Shown: positions 46,494-56,058 of the stretch, in pieces
Layout of the letters: each line of letters begins with the position of its first letter
Position numbering within the stretch: position 1 is the first letter of the stretch
Virus record (IMG/VR): IMGVR_UViG_3300036715_000208
Strand: one strand, 5' to 3'
Length of the DNA: 64,000 nt
Origin: an uncultured virus (IMG/VR IMGVR_UViG_3300036715_000208)
Lineage: Duplodnaviria; Heunggongvirae; Uroviricota; Caudoviricetes
Translations under genes and position numbers: made by a program
The notes under the pieces: generated by a model
What the model saw: only the letters and a program-made list of their open reading frames with translations
Told to the model about the DNA's origin: nothing
Databases searched by the model: none

Positions 46494-48164
46494 TTATCTC
46501 CTGTAATAATTGTTTAAAATGTTAGGTGTCTGTTTGTTTTCTTGAGCTGATGTAATGTTCTGCCCATAGTATCTATCACCAAGGAGTACGGACATTCGCT
46601 TGTTTCCAAGCCATGTGTTAACCATATCCTTGTGTTCTCGTTTCTTATTTCTATTAATGATACTATCTGGATCTAGGACAAGTTCACTAGACCAGTTCTT
46701 AACTGCGCTTGCAAGGATGTCAACTCTATCGTCATGCTTGAGAGCACCCCGACGATCCTGCATCCTTGTAAGTTGTATCTGTGTTTCCTTATCCTTGATC
46801 GCTGACGAATCAAATACAAGACGATGCTGTGCCATGACTGGCTCAAGAGTATCCAGTATTCTTCTTTCTTTGTTTCCACTTACTTTGAATTCCTCAACTG
46901 CAACCTTTCCACAGGAAGAATAGATCAGTGGTTTCAACAGGGATGAAAACATTCCATCTCCGTAGTTTGATTCCACTAGGATCCGACGAACCTTGTAAGC
47001 ATTTGCAAGCTTTGCAATTTGCATCAATGTTACGTTATCGTATCCTCCTTGAAGACCTGTCAGTGCGTGTACAACGAGGTATCCATTCACAAAGGATACA
47101 ACACAGGCAGCTGTTTCGTCAGCTCCTCTACCAGAGGGATCAATGAACATACAGGTTTCTGTATACTCTATCATAGTGGGGGATACCCACATAGGACCAT
47201 ATAGAAAATCATTATTAAGACCATATGATGGAATCTTTAATGGTGTTCCTCTTGCCCATACTACCTTCTCTGGAAACAACTCTGCGGATGTGTCCATAAT
47301 AATTAGATCTTCTAATCTTAGTGGAAACTTTCTGGCATCACTGAGGGTTGGATCAAGTAAATAGTGTAGAGCAAAGTGACGTGGACCAATCTTAGCCATT
47401 CTTTCATCAAGAACATGCTGAGGGAATCTACCAGGATCTACTGTAGATCCTGGCTCTACCTCTAACTGTAGGATGTATTCATCTACATGAAGCATCTGTG
47501 ACTCAATGTCTGGATCTGGCATTACTGCTGGAAACTTTACAATTGGATAGGGAAGACGAAGGTAGATAGAGTCAGTACTTTGGTATGTACCTAGGAAGAT
47601 GATTCTTCCGTGGTCAACTGGGTTCCTGATCTGTTCTAGTTCTGTTAGCCTGTCCAATAACCTACCACGGGCGGAAGGGGTATCTGAGTTCTTCTCGATC
47701 TCAATATCGTCCAGTAGAATGTAGTCGGCGTGTGAGCCTGTTAGCTGCCCCGTCACGCCCTTTGCGTAACAAGATAGGTCTTGCCCCTTCTTTGTGCGGC
47801 AAGCCACGTTAAAGCCAAATGCGTTGTCCTTATCGAAGTCCCTGGGTACTATGTGTGCCATGTAGGGGGTAGAGGATAGGATCTGTCTAACCTGTGAGAT
47901 AAACTTAATTGCCTTATCGGCTCCTGCCGACACTACCATGATGGTTGCATCGGGATCTTTTAGTAACAGCCAGCTGGCATATGATGCCATGATTGTGGAT
48001 TTACCAGCACCACGACCAGCCTGTAGCTGGAAGTCTCGTAGTCCTGTTTGAATCTTATTTGCGATTGCATATTGTAGGGGAGATGGTTCCCCAAGACCTA
48101 GATACTTAAAGGAAAAAAACAAATGGTTTCTAAAATCCTCTAGTACTTCTTCTGGTACATTCAT
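46494..48164 (-). CDS. terL: terminase large subunit, T7 gp19-like
   Basis: AGRGAGKS, LTGSHAD..LLDDIE, IDPSGRGADET, ESNYGDGMF and HDDRVD; start moved to MNVPEE after AAAGGAGG. Confidence 0.97.
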   Translation of the reverse strand: MNVPEEVLEDFRNHLFFSFKYLGLGEPSPLQYAIANKIQTGLRDFQLQAGRGAGKSTIMASYASWLLLKDPDATIMVVSAGADKAIKFISQVRQILSSTPYMAHIVPRDFDKDNAFGFNVACRTKKGQDLSCYAKGVTGQLTGSHADYILLDDIEIEKNSDTPSARGRLLDRLTELEQIRNPVDHGRIIFLGTYQSTDSIYLRLPYPIVKFPAVMPDPDIESQMLHVDEYILQLEVEPGSTVDPGRFPQHVLDERMAKIGPRHFALHYLLDPTLSDARKFPLRLEDLIIMDTSAELFPEKVVWARGTPLKIPSYGLNNDFLYGPMWVSPTMIEYTETCMFIDPSGRGADETAACVVSFVNGYLVVHALTGLQGGYDNVTLMQIAKLANAYKVRRILVESNYGDGMFSSLLKPLIYSSCGKVAVEEFKVSGNKERRILDTLEPVMAQHRLVFDSSAIKDKETQIQLTRMQDRRGALKHDDRVDILASAVKNWSSELVLDPDSIINRNKKREHKDMVNTWLGNKRMSVLLGDRYYGQNITSAQENKQTPNILNNYYRR

Positions 48165-48177
48165 AGTACCTCCTTTC

Positions 48178-48209
48178 AAAAACCCCCATCCCAGATCAAG
48201 GGACGGGGG
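48178..48209 (-). terminator. intrinsic terminator immediately upstream of the terL RBS
   Basis: Minus strand CCCCCGTCCC-TTGATCT-GGGATGGGGG-TTTTT. Confidence 0.8.
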
Positions 48210-48395
48210 CGGTAGCGAGATATCCACACAGGGGATCGCCCTATGCGCATAGCCCGATGATGGCTCCCCAATAGACGGAGAGCCACAGGGCGACCGTTGC
48301 CATGCCCGTCAAGGCATAGCAGGTCGAATAGCGTAACCGCATCTGTCCCCTCGTTGCCAGCGTGGGGTCTATGTCAGATGGATCGCTTGAATGCC
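48178..48395 (-). ncRNA. candidate structured non-coding RNA between terS and terL
   Basis: GC-rich island with several helices whose G-U pairs work only on the minus strand; 6-bp loop-loop complement; ends in a terminator. Confidence 0.6.
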
Positions 48396-48599
48396 TTAGC
48401 CTAATTTCTTAAGCCTGAATGGGATAAGGTTGTCCAAGGTTTCTGCACGAATATTCGCAGCGTCTTCCTTGGTTGGTTTGTTATCTGCGATTACACGGGC
48501 AACAACTTGGTATAGTCCAGGACCACGCTTCTCTGGATCCATAAGATCCTCTACTAAGCAGTCCACCAATAGTTCCTTCAGTGTATCAATGTTATTCAT
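48396..48599 (-). CDS. terminase small subunit, T7 gp18-like
   Basis: 67 aa upstream of terL; helical, with PGLYQVVARVIADN and LIPF resembling gp18. Confidence 0.65.
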   Translation of the reverse strand: MNNIDTLKELLVDCLVEDLMDPEKRGPGLYQVVARVIADNKPTKEDAANIRAETLDNLIPFRLKKLG

Positions 48600-48656
48600 T
48601 TAGCACTTGCAATTCTTATTGCCACACTTCTTGCATGGCTTCTTTGGAGTTTTCAT
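48600..48656 (-). CDS. 18-aa Cys/Lys-rich micropeptide
   Basis: MKTPKKPCKKCGNKNCKC; AAAGGA RBS; exactly fills the gap. Confidence 0.45.
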   Translation of the reverse strand: MKTPKKPCKKCGNKNCKC

Positions 48657-48657
48657 A

Positions 48658-48993
48658 TTACTTTCCTTTCTTTATATTACCATAGCGTTGCAGCAAATTG
48701 CGGCCTTTCGCTACGGCTGATGCCTTGTCGCCTTTGTGATTCCAAGCTTCTAACGATAGCTTGAGCCTAGTCTTCTCGCCCTTCTCATCCTTGAGTGGAC
48801 CAGCTGATGATCCCATGCGTACTAGGAATGAACCTTGTCTACGTATTTCCTCTGGAGTAGTGGGGGTACGCTTTACTGGGGCTTTTAGGTTTGATCCAGT
48901 AGCTCGATTGTACTTGTCACGACCCGCTTGAGACAATCCACCTTGTGGGTTCTTGTCTTTCTTATTCATATTAACGGATGGTTTCTTTGGCAT
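48658..48993 (-). CDS. basic conserved phage protein (DUF6321-like)
   Basis: KNPQGGL..AGR..YN...GSNLKAPV, SFLVRM and PLKDEKG motifs. Confidence 0.7.
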   Translation of the reverse strand: MPKKPSVNMNKKDKNPQGGLSQAGRDKYNRATGSNLKAPVKRTPTTPEEIRRQGSFLVRMGSSAGPLKDEKGEKTRLKLSLEAWNHKGDKASAVAKGRNLLQRYGNIKKGK

Positions 48994-48995
48994 GT

Positions 48996-49085
48996 TTACT
49001 TCTTCTTTTTTGGTGCTGGCTTCTTAGCCTCAGGCTTTGCCCAAGGTGGGATCCACTTCTTACCTGCTGGTTTCTTAGCTGCCAT
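48996..49085 (-). CDS. 29-aa Lys/Pro/Ala-rich micropeptide
   Basis: MAAKKPAGKKWIPPWAKPEAKKPAPKKKK; GAGG RBS. Confidence 0.55.
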   Translation of the reverse strand: MAAKKPAGKKWIPPWAKPEAKKPAPKKKK

Positions 49086-49087
49086 AA

Positions 49088-49192
49088 TTAGCCTCGCTTT
49101 AAAAGCTTAGAGATTGGGAAGATGTGACCACAGATGTAGCCACCAATTGCACAGAGTACGCAAAAGAAAGTTGTTCCTAGAAATTCTGACAT
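49088..49192 (-). CDS. 34-aa single-TM micropeptide
   Basis: MSEFLGTTFFCVLCAIGGYICGHIFPISKLLKRG; AAGGA RBS. Confidence 0.55.
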   Translation of the reverse strand: MSEFLGTTFFCVLCAIGGYICGHIFPISKLLKRG

Positions 49193-49202
49193 GTTATTTC
49201 CT

Positions 49203-50708
49203 TTATGCTGCAGGGTTTCCAGCTGGCCAGTAGCCAAGGTTCTGCATAATTTGTTTATGAATAGTTCTATTAATTAAATACTCACCATAATATAGAACTG
49301 GGTGATATACATAACCACGATTAATAAAATTCATCCAGTAAGCAACACAATTGTTTATGATTGTTACCGTAGCTGGATCAGTGATTGCTGCAGAAAGAGC
49401 AACTTGAGTTGCGTTGGTAGCGTCTGTATAAGGTGAACAGAGAATCTTATTAACTAATAAGTGTACTTCTGTTGATGATTTATCAAACTGCCATCTATTA
49501 TTAGGGTCTGCTCCATTGTATTGGTTGGTAGGATAAAAATAATTTCCATTTGTAAATGTTGTCATATTATCTACACCAACAATATAAGGACTATAGTGAA
49601 GCCAACTTCCCTCATATTCACTAGAGTTTGAATCTACCTTTGAACCCCATGTGTCAAAGAAAGCAAATGCTTCCTTAGTACCAGCGGTTGGAAAGGAATT
49701 CGATGTTGATCTATTGGTTATCTTATTTGGATCATTATCAAAAGGCATTGCTTCTTGGAAGTATGTAAACTTAGTTGAAGTTGAAAATCTTTGATTTGTT
49801 CCTTGTCCCTGAACAAGTTTGAAATATTGGTTTTCTAACCATCGTCTCATATTTGTTTTAGGGGTATTGTATCCAGACTTTCTAGAAAGAAGATCAAGAT
49901 AAATCCAAGATCCCTTCTTATAGTTCCAAGCAGCTGCTCCAACATCCGCACCAACACCACAAATACCTAACTCATACCATCTATTTAATTCGTTGGTAAG
50001 AAACTCAGCATGTGCCGCATTGTTTTCTGGATCTGGAATATCGTATCCTGAGTTTTCACCAAGCCAGGTATAGTTTGCTGCATCTGTTGGGTACTTAACC
50101 CAGTTCTTTGTATTATCTGAAAGACCTTGATATGTCTTTGGAATAACAAAAGAAGTATACAATGCAATTTCTATATCTGTCTTGGGTGTAGACCCAGGCC
50201 AATATGTTGTGTTACCAGCTAACCACGTTCTAAGTAGAACATACCAATCGGTACTTCTACTGTAGTTATAAAAAGTAATAGAACCGTTATCAATTCCTGC
50301 AGCATTAGGATCTGCAGGTACACCCCCAGGCCAACAACCCTCATAGGGATTAATAGACCTTGTTCCGTTATCTCTAACTACATACTTTTGTAACTGTGGT
50401 GTCCATATGCCAGCATAAGCTATACCAGCACTAGATGATCCGTTAGCTGAAACTGTACCACACGGTGAGTTAATAATGAATCTTCTAATTCCACGATCAT
50501 AGTGATAAGCCATTGTATTAATGACTTGTTGTACTCCAATGTGACTGGTGGTAGTTACTCCAGCTCTTCTTAGTCCTGTTCCAGGAACATCTAAAACAGG
50601 TTTGCAGAAATCTAAACTAGATCCCCAATAGGAATCTGATCCACCAGATACGCCATATGCGATATGTACTGCTGGTCTTCTATCTACTGTAAAAATTGGA
50701 TTTGACAT
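49203..50708 (-). CDS. aromatic-rich hypothetical protein, possibly glycoside hydrolase-like
   Basis: Start MSNPIF after GGAGG; W/Y-rich; in the late structural region. Confidence 0.5.
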   Translation of the reverse strand: MSNPIFTVDRRPAVHIAYGVSGGSDSYWGSSLDFCKPVLDVPGTGLRRAGVTTTSHIGVQQVINTMAYHYDRGIRRFIINSPCGTVSANGSSSAGIAYAGIWTPQLQKYVVRDNGTRSINPYEGCWPGGVPADPNAAGIDNGSITFYNYSRSTDWYVLLRTWLAGNTTYWPGSTPKTDIEIALYTSFVIPKTYQGLSDNTKNWVKYPTDAANYTWLGENSGYDIPDPENNAAHAEFLTNELNRWYELGICGVGADVGAAAWNYKKGSWIYLDLLSRKSGYNTPKTNMRRWLENQYFKLVQGQGTNQRFSTSTKFTYFQEAMPFDNDPNKITNRSTSNSFPTAGTKEAFAFFDTWGSKVDSNSSEYEGSWLHYSPYIVGVDNMTTFTNGNYFYPTNQYNGADPNNRWQFDKSSTEVHLLVNKILCSPYTDATNATQVALSAAITDPATVTIINNCVAYWMNFINRGYVYHPVLYYGEYLINRTIHKQIMQNLGYWPAGNPAA

Positions 50709-51865
50709 TAGACCTCCACGAAGTTGGCAACGCCAGAAATAGTCGTTGCGGTAGTACCTGTTGGAATACCCCAAGGAGTCAAGAAGCTATTTGGGAAGAC
50801 CTTTACTGACTTGTAGTCTGAGATAGATGTGCAGTAGCCTGTGTTTGCAAGTAAGACTGGACCAAATACGGTTGGTCTTACAAGAACAAGATGAATAGTA
50901 CCACTTACTAGTGAAGTACCGAGGGTTACGCTTTCAACGCTTCTACATCCAGTGTCACCAGCAGCAAGATTGAATAGAATCAAGGATCCAACTACGGCTG
51001 TAGCTGGAAAAGATGGCATTGTAGCTGTTTTACCAGCAGTACCGTCTTGATTTGTATAGGACAATGTCATGTTTGTAATCGCACCACCGTTTGTTGTTGC
51101 TGTGCTTACATAGATTGCTGGAATGACACCTAGACCATTGGATGTGCCGTTGTTATCTCTAGCTGCTGCTGTAGCTGGAGTAATTGACTGAGCAGTAGTC
51201 GTGGTTACAACCAAACCGCTGTTCATCCATAGGATATCGAGTAGACCATACATTCCAGTCTGGTTTGCCGTTACGCTGAATGAGCTAAGGTACAGAGTAC
51301 CAGAACCGATTGTAACTGGAATACCACCAGCCTTGGCGTTTGACCATGATTCTCCGTTGATACCAACGGAAGAAACGGTCATTGCACCAGGCATACCAGC
51401 ATCCTTGGCAAATAGATAAGGAACACCAGCAGCCTCTGGAGCAGTACCAGTCTTGGTATAGAATGATGCATATCCAGTCTGGATACCCATCTTGCTTGCT
51501 GGTTCTGTGATTGGAGTACCGTTTGAATCAAATCTCTGCCAGCCACCATCAATGGAATATACGGCAGACTGACCAGCTTGTAGTACAGTCTTGTATAACG
51601 TAAAGACTGATGAAGTTGTCTTTACTATGGTGATTGAATTAGATGCAGTACCCGTATTGAGGACCGTGATTACCTTGATCTGTCTTTGGGTACTTGCCGC
51701 GGGTGCATCGCAGATCTGAGTCGTGGTAGCCGTGATGATCTGCGAATCCTGTGCGGCTGGAGTAAGCGAGCTTGATGTTATATCCAGATATGAAACTGTA
51801 ACATCAACCTCACTGGTTGAACTTGTCGTTAGATTTAATGTGTGTGTGTTTGATGATAGAATCAT
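50708..51865 (-). CDS. beta-rich structural/appendage protein
   Basis: T/S/G-rich; start MILSSN overlaps the upstream stop. Confidence 0.6.
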   Translation of the reverse strand: MILSSNTHTLNLTTSSTSEVDVTVSYLDITSSSLTPAAQDSQIITATTTQICDAPAASTQRQIKVITVLNTGTASNSITIVKTTSSVFTLYKTVLQAGQSAVYSIDGGWQRFDSNGTPITEPASKMGIQTGYASFYTKTGTAPEAAGVPYLFAKDAGMPGAMTVSSVGINGESWSNAKAGGIPVTIGSGTLYLSSFSVTANQTGMYGLLDILWMNSGLVVTTTTAQSITPATAAARDNNGTSNGLGVIPAIYVSTATTNGGAITNMTLSYTNQDGTAGKTATMPSFPATAVVGSLILFNLAAGDTGCRSVESVTLGTSLVSGTIHLVLVRPTVFGPVLLANTGYCTSISDYKSVKVFPNSFLTPWGIPTGTTATTISGVANFVEV

Positions 51866-54800
51866 AGTAGTGCCGCTATTCTTAGTGATTGTTGGAAGGT
51901 CATGCCAGAGCCAGATACAGATTGCCAAGTACCATCTCCGCTTAGGAAGGTGGTATTATTCTGAGTACCAGTACCTAGTCTTGCTGTTGCAATTACACCA
52001 GTTGTTATATCTGATGCTGCGTGTGTGTGAGATGGAAGATTTGTGCAGTTACTTAGGTTACCCGATGTCGGGGTTCCCAAGATTGGTGTAACTAGGGTCG
52101 GTGTATCGGCAAAGACAGCTGCACCAGAACCTGTTTCATCACTAAGGGCTGTCTTTAGTTGTAGTGAGGTAAACGTACCCAACGCAGTAGCGTTACCAGT
52201 AGAGGTAATGTGTCCCGTTAGGTTGGCGTTAGTGGTAACAGTAGCTGCGTTTCCAGTTACAGATCCCACAATGGCAGCGGAGACGGTTAGGGTTGCAAGC
52301 GTTCCAACCGATGTCAAACTAGAAGCAGTAACGCTAGCAGCCAGCGTTGTACCCGTAAGGGTTACCGCTGGTGCATTTGCTAGTGTTGCTAGTGCTCCAA
52401 GACCAAGTGTTGTACGCTGAGCTGATGCGTCAATATCATCTAGCAATGCACGGCCAGCGGCTGTACAAGGAATCTCTTCGACTACACCAGCACCAGCTGT
52501 AGACCTACCAAGCAACTTGTCGCTTGCTGATACGTTCTGCATCTTGGCGTAGGTTAGTGCGGCATCCTTGGGAGTAATAATCTGTGGAGCCGCACCACCA
52601 ACATCAAAGAAGGTAGTGCTAAATTCTCCACCTGTATTTGCAGTTCCAAGGTTATTTCCCATTGGAAACGAATTTGGTTCTAAAAGAGTAATCTTTGCAA
52701 GAGTAACAGCCCCATCTTGAATCTTTGCGGTTCTAACCGAATCGGATGCAAGTTTACTAGTAGTAATAGCATTAGCATCAATAGTCCAAGTTGCACCTGA
52801 ACCAGTGACGGTGATGTCTCCCTTGTCTGCGTCAGTAACTAGATAACCCGTTGTCCATGCGCCATCTCCCCGTAGGAAGTTAGTACTACCAGCTGTTCCA
52901 GTAGTCGTTAGATCTGAAAGAGCATGGGCGTGACTGGCTGGAACATTGACAACCATAGTATTGGCTGTTGTGTCTAGGGTAAGGGATGCAATACCAGTAC
53001 CACTAGGTGTAATGGTTCTTGTTACCCCCATATCATCATTCCACCACACAAGCCTACTTGTACCCGTTTGGGCTGGTGGACATTGTAGAGCTGGGTAGAG
53101 CAATGTAAAGCCAGTCATAACGTCTGTTCTGGTTTTATTATACCACCCCGCAGATGGGGTATTTTGATAGTATAAAATGTCACCAGTGGTTGCAGCTGTG
53201 ATGGTTACATCGGTAAGGCCATCAAGCGTCGTAGCACCGCCACCGCCACCGCCACCACCCGATGGTGTAGCTGGTTGCCAAGCCAACGCTGTGTTGTTCC
53301 ATGTTGGAACCTGTCCATCCGTAGCTGCACTTTGTGTAAGGTCAGCTAGCGTGTGGGTGTGGGCAATAGGGGCAAACTGGGAATAACCGTAGTACTCAAG
53401 ATACGTCATATCCTTGAAGTACAGTTTTTGACTAGACTTGTTTGTTCCTTCATTTCTCTGTCGAAGTTCAAGACCAACATAACAGTGAGCATCAGCCCCA
53501 AATACGTCTTCAATTGGTCCAGTTAGAAGGTATGATCCTAAACTTGTTTCGAGATAATCTTTGTAATTTCCAGCCGACCCAACTTCTTGAGGTACTTCTG
53601 AGTAGAAATAAATACCATCTAAGACTCCGCTTCCACCAGGAAGATATCCTGGATTTTCGTTCAGAACAATACGGATACCGAGTCGGGTAAACTGATTTAC
53701 TGGAATTCCAGTATCCATAAAGTAAACTACATTTTCGTAACTTCCAGGAATGCCTCTATCTGTTGGTGTTGCAGTATAACCCATAACTACTCGCATCCAC
53801 CAATTGGTTGTACCTAAACAATCAAAGCAAGCTAGTAGCTGTGACCTTGTACCGTGAGTAGCATGAAAACCGACAGAAGCTACTGTAGAGTTGTTTCCTG
53901 ATCCATCATATTTTACATGTGCTTTAAACTCTTTAGGACAATCATCTAATTTCATGTCTGGGTTAATGCCAGTAAAGCCAGCATGGCAATGCCGCACTCT
54001 TCCAACAGAACCATACTGATTTTCCTCTGTTTGAATATACGAATGAGTATCAGTCTGAACCAGAGTAGCAATAGCTAGGGGGTCTACTGCTGAGTAAGTA
54101 GACCACACAAAATCACCAACGGAAGTACCGTCAGTGTGCATTGTTCTAATAATATTTCGGCCAGTGTTTGCCTTATCTCTTTCGGAATACTTTAGATTTC
54201 TTTTAGAAATACCAGCTACTGGCAGTGATGAAGCAGAGATTCGTTTATCTGAATCTAGCTTTGCAATGTAATTAGGAACATCTAGGTGATCATCAATGTA
54301 TGTTCCAATAGTTGGTCCACTATCTTCTCTAACATATGCCGTGGTTGCAATACCACCTACTTGATCTAGATCCTCCAGTATAGCAGCGGTTATTGCCATA
54401 CCTACTGTAGAGTCGGTATAACCTTTTGTAGCTGCGTCATTTGGGTTAACTGGTGAAGTTAACTCAAACATGTTCTGTGTAATGACGTTATCTCTAATAC
54501 GCCAATCAGTATCTAAAGAAACAACATTAATGTGATTCTTTGTTCCAGCTGTTATAGGCGGTTCTGTTACAGCTGGATTAACGTTTACCCATGCCGTACC
54601 ATTGTACTGTAGTAACTGTGTGTTTGCAGGAGATGTAATAGTAACATCTGATAAAGTATCAAGTGGAAATATGGGCGTAGGTATTGCTTGATTTGTCCAC
54701 TGTGAAGTACCACTGTTATATAACAACGCCTGTTGAGAAGCTGGAGTACCAGTGATAGTTACATCGGTTAATGCATTAAGGTTGTTAACGCTAGCGGTTG

Positions 54801-55251
54801 CTCCAATGGTTGTTAGAGAACCCCAAGCTGTTACTCCATCTCCTACTTTTAGTTCACTAGTAGTAGTATCATAGCCGATTTCTCCAGCTGATAAAACTAC
54901 ACCAGACCAGCTTCCAGTATTACCTCTTCTAATATTTAAAACTTGACCAGCTGTTCCTGGACTACCGCCATCAAGTGGTCCTTGTGTAATCTTGTTATTA
55001 ATGATTGTCATTAATGCTGAGTCAAGACTAATGACTGTTCCGCCAGCGGATACAACTATGTCTCCATAGTCTCCGTTAGCAAGAGTTGAATTTCCTATTG
55101 CTTGAAGACTGCGCCACAATGTAGTACCGTCTCCAACTTTTATTTGTAAGCTTGTGAGATCATAGGAGATTTCTCCTAAAGCTAGTGTTGGGTTTTGTGC
55201 ATACCAGTTAGCGTAACTATCTCTACGTATTCTAATGATGTCTTGCGGCAT
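51862..55251 (-). CDS. tail fibre / adhesin with two Mtd-N-like (hyaluronidase-N-like) domains
   Basis: IRRD...NPTLALGEISYD...KVGDG-type domain occurs twice; repeated L..L.DVTIT motifs; poly-Gly linker. Confidence 0.75.
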   Translation of the reverse strand: MPQDIIRIRRDSYANWYAQNPTLALGEISYDLTSLQIKVGDGTTLWRSLQAIGNSTLANGDYGDIVVSAGGTVISLDSALMTIINNKITQGPLDGGSPGTAGQVLNIRRGNTGSWSGVVLSAGEIGYDTTTSELKVGDGVTAWGSLTTIGATASVNNLNALTDVTITGTPASQQALLYNSGTSQWTNQAIPTPIFPLDTLSDVTITSPANTQLLQYNGTAWVNVNPAVTEPPITAGTKNHINVVSLDTDWRIRDNVITQNMFELTSPVNPNDAATKGYTDSTVGMAITAAILEDLDQVGGIATTAYVREDSGPTIGTYIDDHLDVPNYIAKLDSDKRISASSLPVAGISKRNLKYSERDKANTGRNIIRTMHTDGTSVGDFVWSTYSAVDPLAIATLVQTDTHSYIQTEENQYGSVGRVRHCHAGFTGINPDMKLDDCPKEFKAHVKYDGSGNNSTVASVGFHATHGTRSQLLACFDCLGTTNWWMRVVMGYTATPTDRGIPGSYENVVYFMDTGIPVNQFTRLGIRIVLNENPGYLPGGSGVLDGIYFYSEVPQEVGSAGNYKDYLETSLGSYLLTGPIEDVFGADAHCYVGLELRQRNEGTNKSSQKLYFKDMTYLEYYGYSQFAPIAHTHTLADLTQSAATDGQVPTWNNTALAWQPATPSGGGGGGGGATTLDGLTDVTITAATTGDILYYQNTPSAGWYNKTRTDVMTGFTLLYPALQCPPAQTGTSRLVWWNDDMGVTRTITPSGTGIASLTLDTTANTMVVNVPASHAHALSDLTTTGTAGSTNFLRGDGAWTTGYLVTDADKGDITVTGSGATWTIDANAITTSKLASDSVRTAKIQDGAVTLAKITLLEPNSFPMGNNLGTANTGGEFSTTFFDVGGAAPQIITPKDAALTYAKMQNVSASDKLLGRSTAGAGVVEEIPCTAAGRALLDDIDASAQRTTLGLGALATLANAPAVTLTGTTLAASVTASSLTSVGTLATLTVSAAIVGSVTGNAATVTTNANLTGHITSTGNATALGTFTSLQLKTALSDETGSGAAVFADTPTLVTPILGTPTSGNLSNCTNLPSHTHAASDITTGVIATARLGTGTQNNTTFLSGDGTWQSVSGSGMTFQQSLRIAALL

Positions 55252-55262
55252 CTAGCCTCCTA

Positions 55263-55541
55263 TTATAATGTGTTAAAAACTCCACCAGCGTCGATATCGA
55301 CACCAGAGGAACCAAAAGCATCTCCACCGTCTTGATCATTTACTTGCGTAGGTGCAGAGGTTACGCCATCAAGTATAATTTGTTTATTCTTACCACCTGT
55401 TCCTGCGCTGGTATCTAAAAGAATAATGTTTCCAGATGCATACTCAACGACTATATCTCCAACTGAATTTACATACATCCTAGCGACACCCGTCCGAATT
55501 GGAGCGGGTGTGCTAGGAACGTTACGTTTATAATTTGGCAT
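55263..55541 (-). CDS. small structural hypothetical protein
   Basis: Start MPNYKR after GAGGAG. Confidence 0.55.
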   Translation of the reverse strand: MPNYKRNVPSTPAPIRTGVARMYVNSVGDIVVEYASGNIILLDTSAGTGGKNKQIILDGVTSAPTQVNDQDGGDAFGSSGVDIDAGGVFNTL

Positions 55542-56058
55542 TTTTTCTCCTCTTGAATTCGGCATCCAAGACTGGATCCTTTGCTCTAAGGAATGCTATT
55601 GCTTCTCTAATATTGGTTTGTCCGTTAAGGGTTTCATCCAATAGTTTTGCCTCTTGTTTCTTTGCTTCTGGAATATATCCAACTAACTTTTGCATCAGTC
55701 TTCCTAGTCCAGAGTACCACAGTAAGACAACGATACCCAATATGGAGATCGCTATCATTACTATTTGTATGGTGTTTGCCCACCAAGGCACGGTATCAAC
55801 TACCCCCGAAGTCGCTTCGATAATTCCTTCGGTCTTCTCAATGATATCGGTCTGTTCCAATATCCCTTGATTGGATCTTTTCTGAATTTCTGAGAGTCTT
55901 GGGAGGATTGCTGTTGCGGCTTCGTTGATTTTTTCAAAGTTATTCTTTGAGTCCTGTGCAAGAGATCGTATAGAATTAGAACTCTTCTGTATCTTCTCTA
56001 CTGAAGAGCATGAAATCAACGCTAAGAAACTAGTTAATAGGATCGTTCTTATCAACAT
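55528..56058 (-). CDS. lipoprotein with C-proximal TM helix (candidate spanin)
   Basis: Lipobox-like LISC, helical middle, TM helix IQIVMIAISILGIVVLLWY. Confidence 0.55.
   Translation of the reverse strand: MLIRTILLTSFLALISCSSVEKIQKSSNSIRSLAQDSKNNFEKINEAATAILPRLSEIQKRSNQGILEQTDIIEKTEGIIEATSGVVDTVPWWANTIQIVMIAISILGIVVLLWYSGLGRLMQKLVGYIPEAKKQEAKLLDETLNGQTNIREAIAFLRAKDPVLDAEFKRRKNAKL

Noticed and set aside
48165..48227. N-terminal extension of terL (MDISLPPP...)
   Set aside because: It runs through a terminator hairpin; the ATG at 48164 has a strong AAAGGAGG RBS.
48250..48295. Hammerhead ribozyme (ccgatga followed by a stem on the plus strand)
   Set aside because: The core is not CUGAnGA, there is no GAAA after the stem, and G-U pairs favour the opposite strand.
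53235..53262. ccgcca repeats
   Set aside because: They simply encode the poly-Gly linker of the fibre protein.
51862..55251. Diversity-generating retroelement suggested by Mtd-N-like domains
   Set aside because: No reverse transcriptase and no template/variable repeat pair seen.
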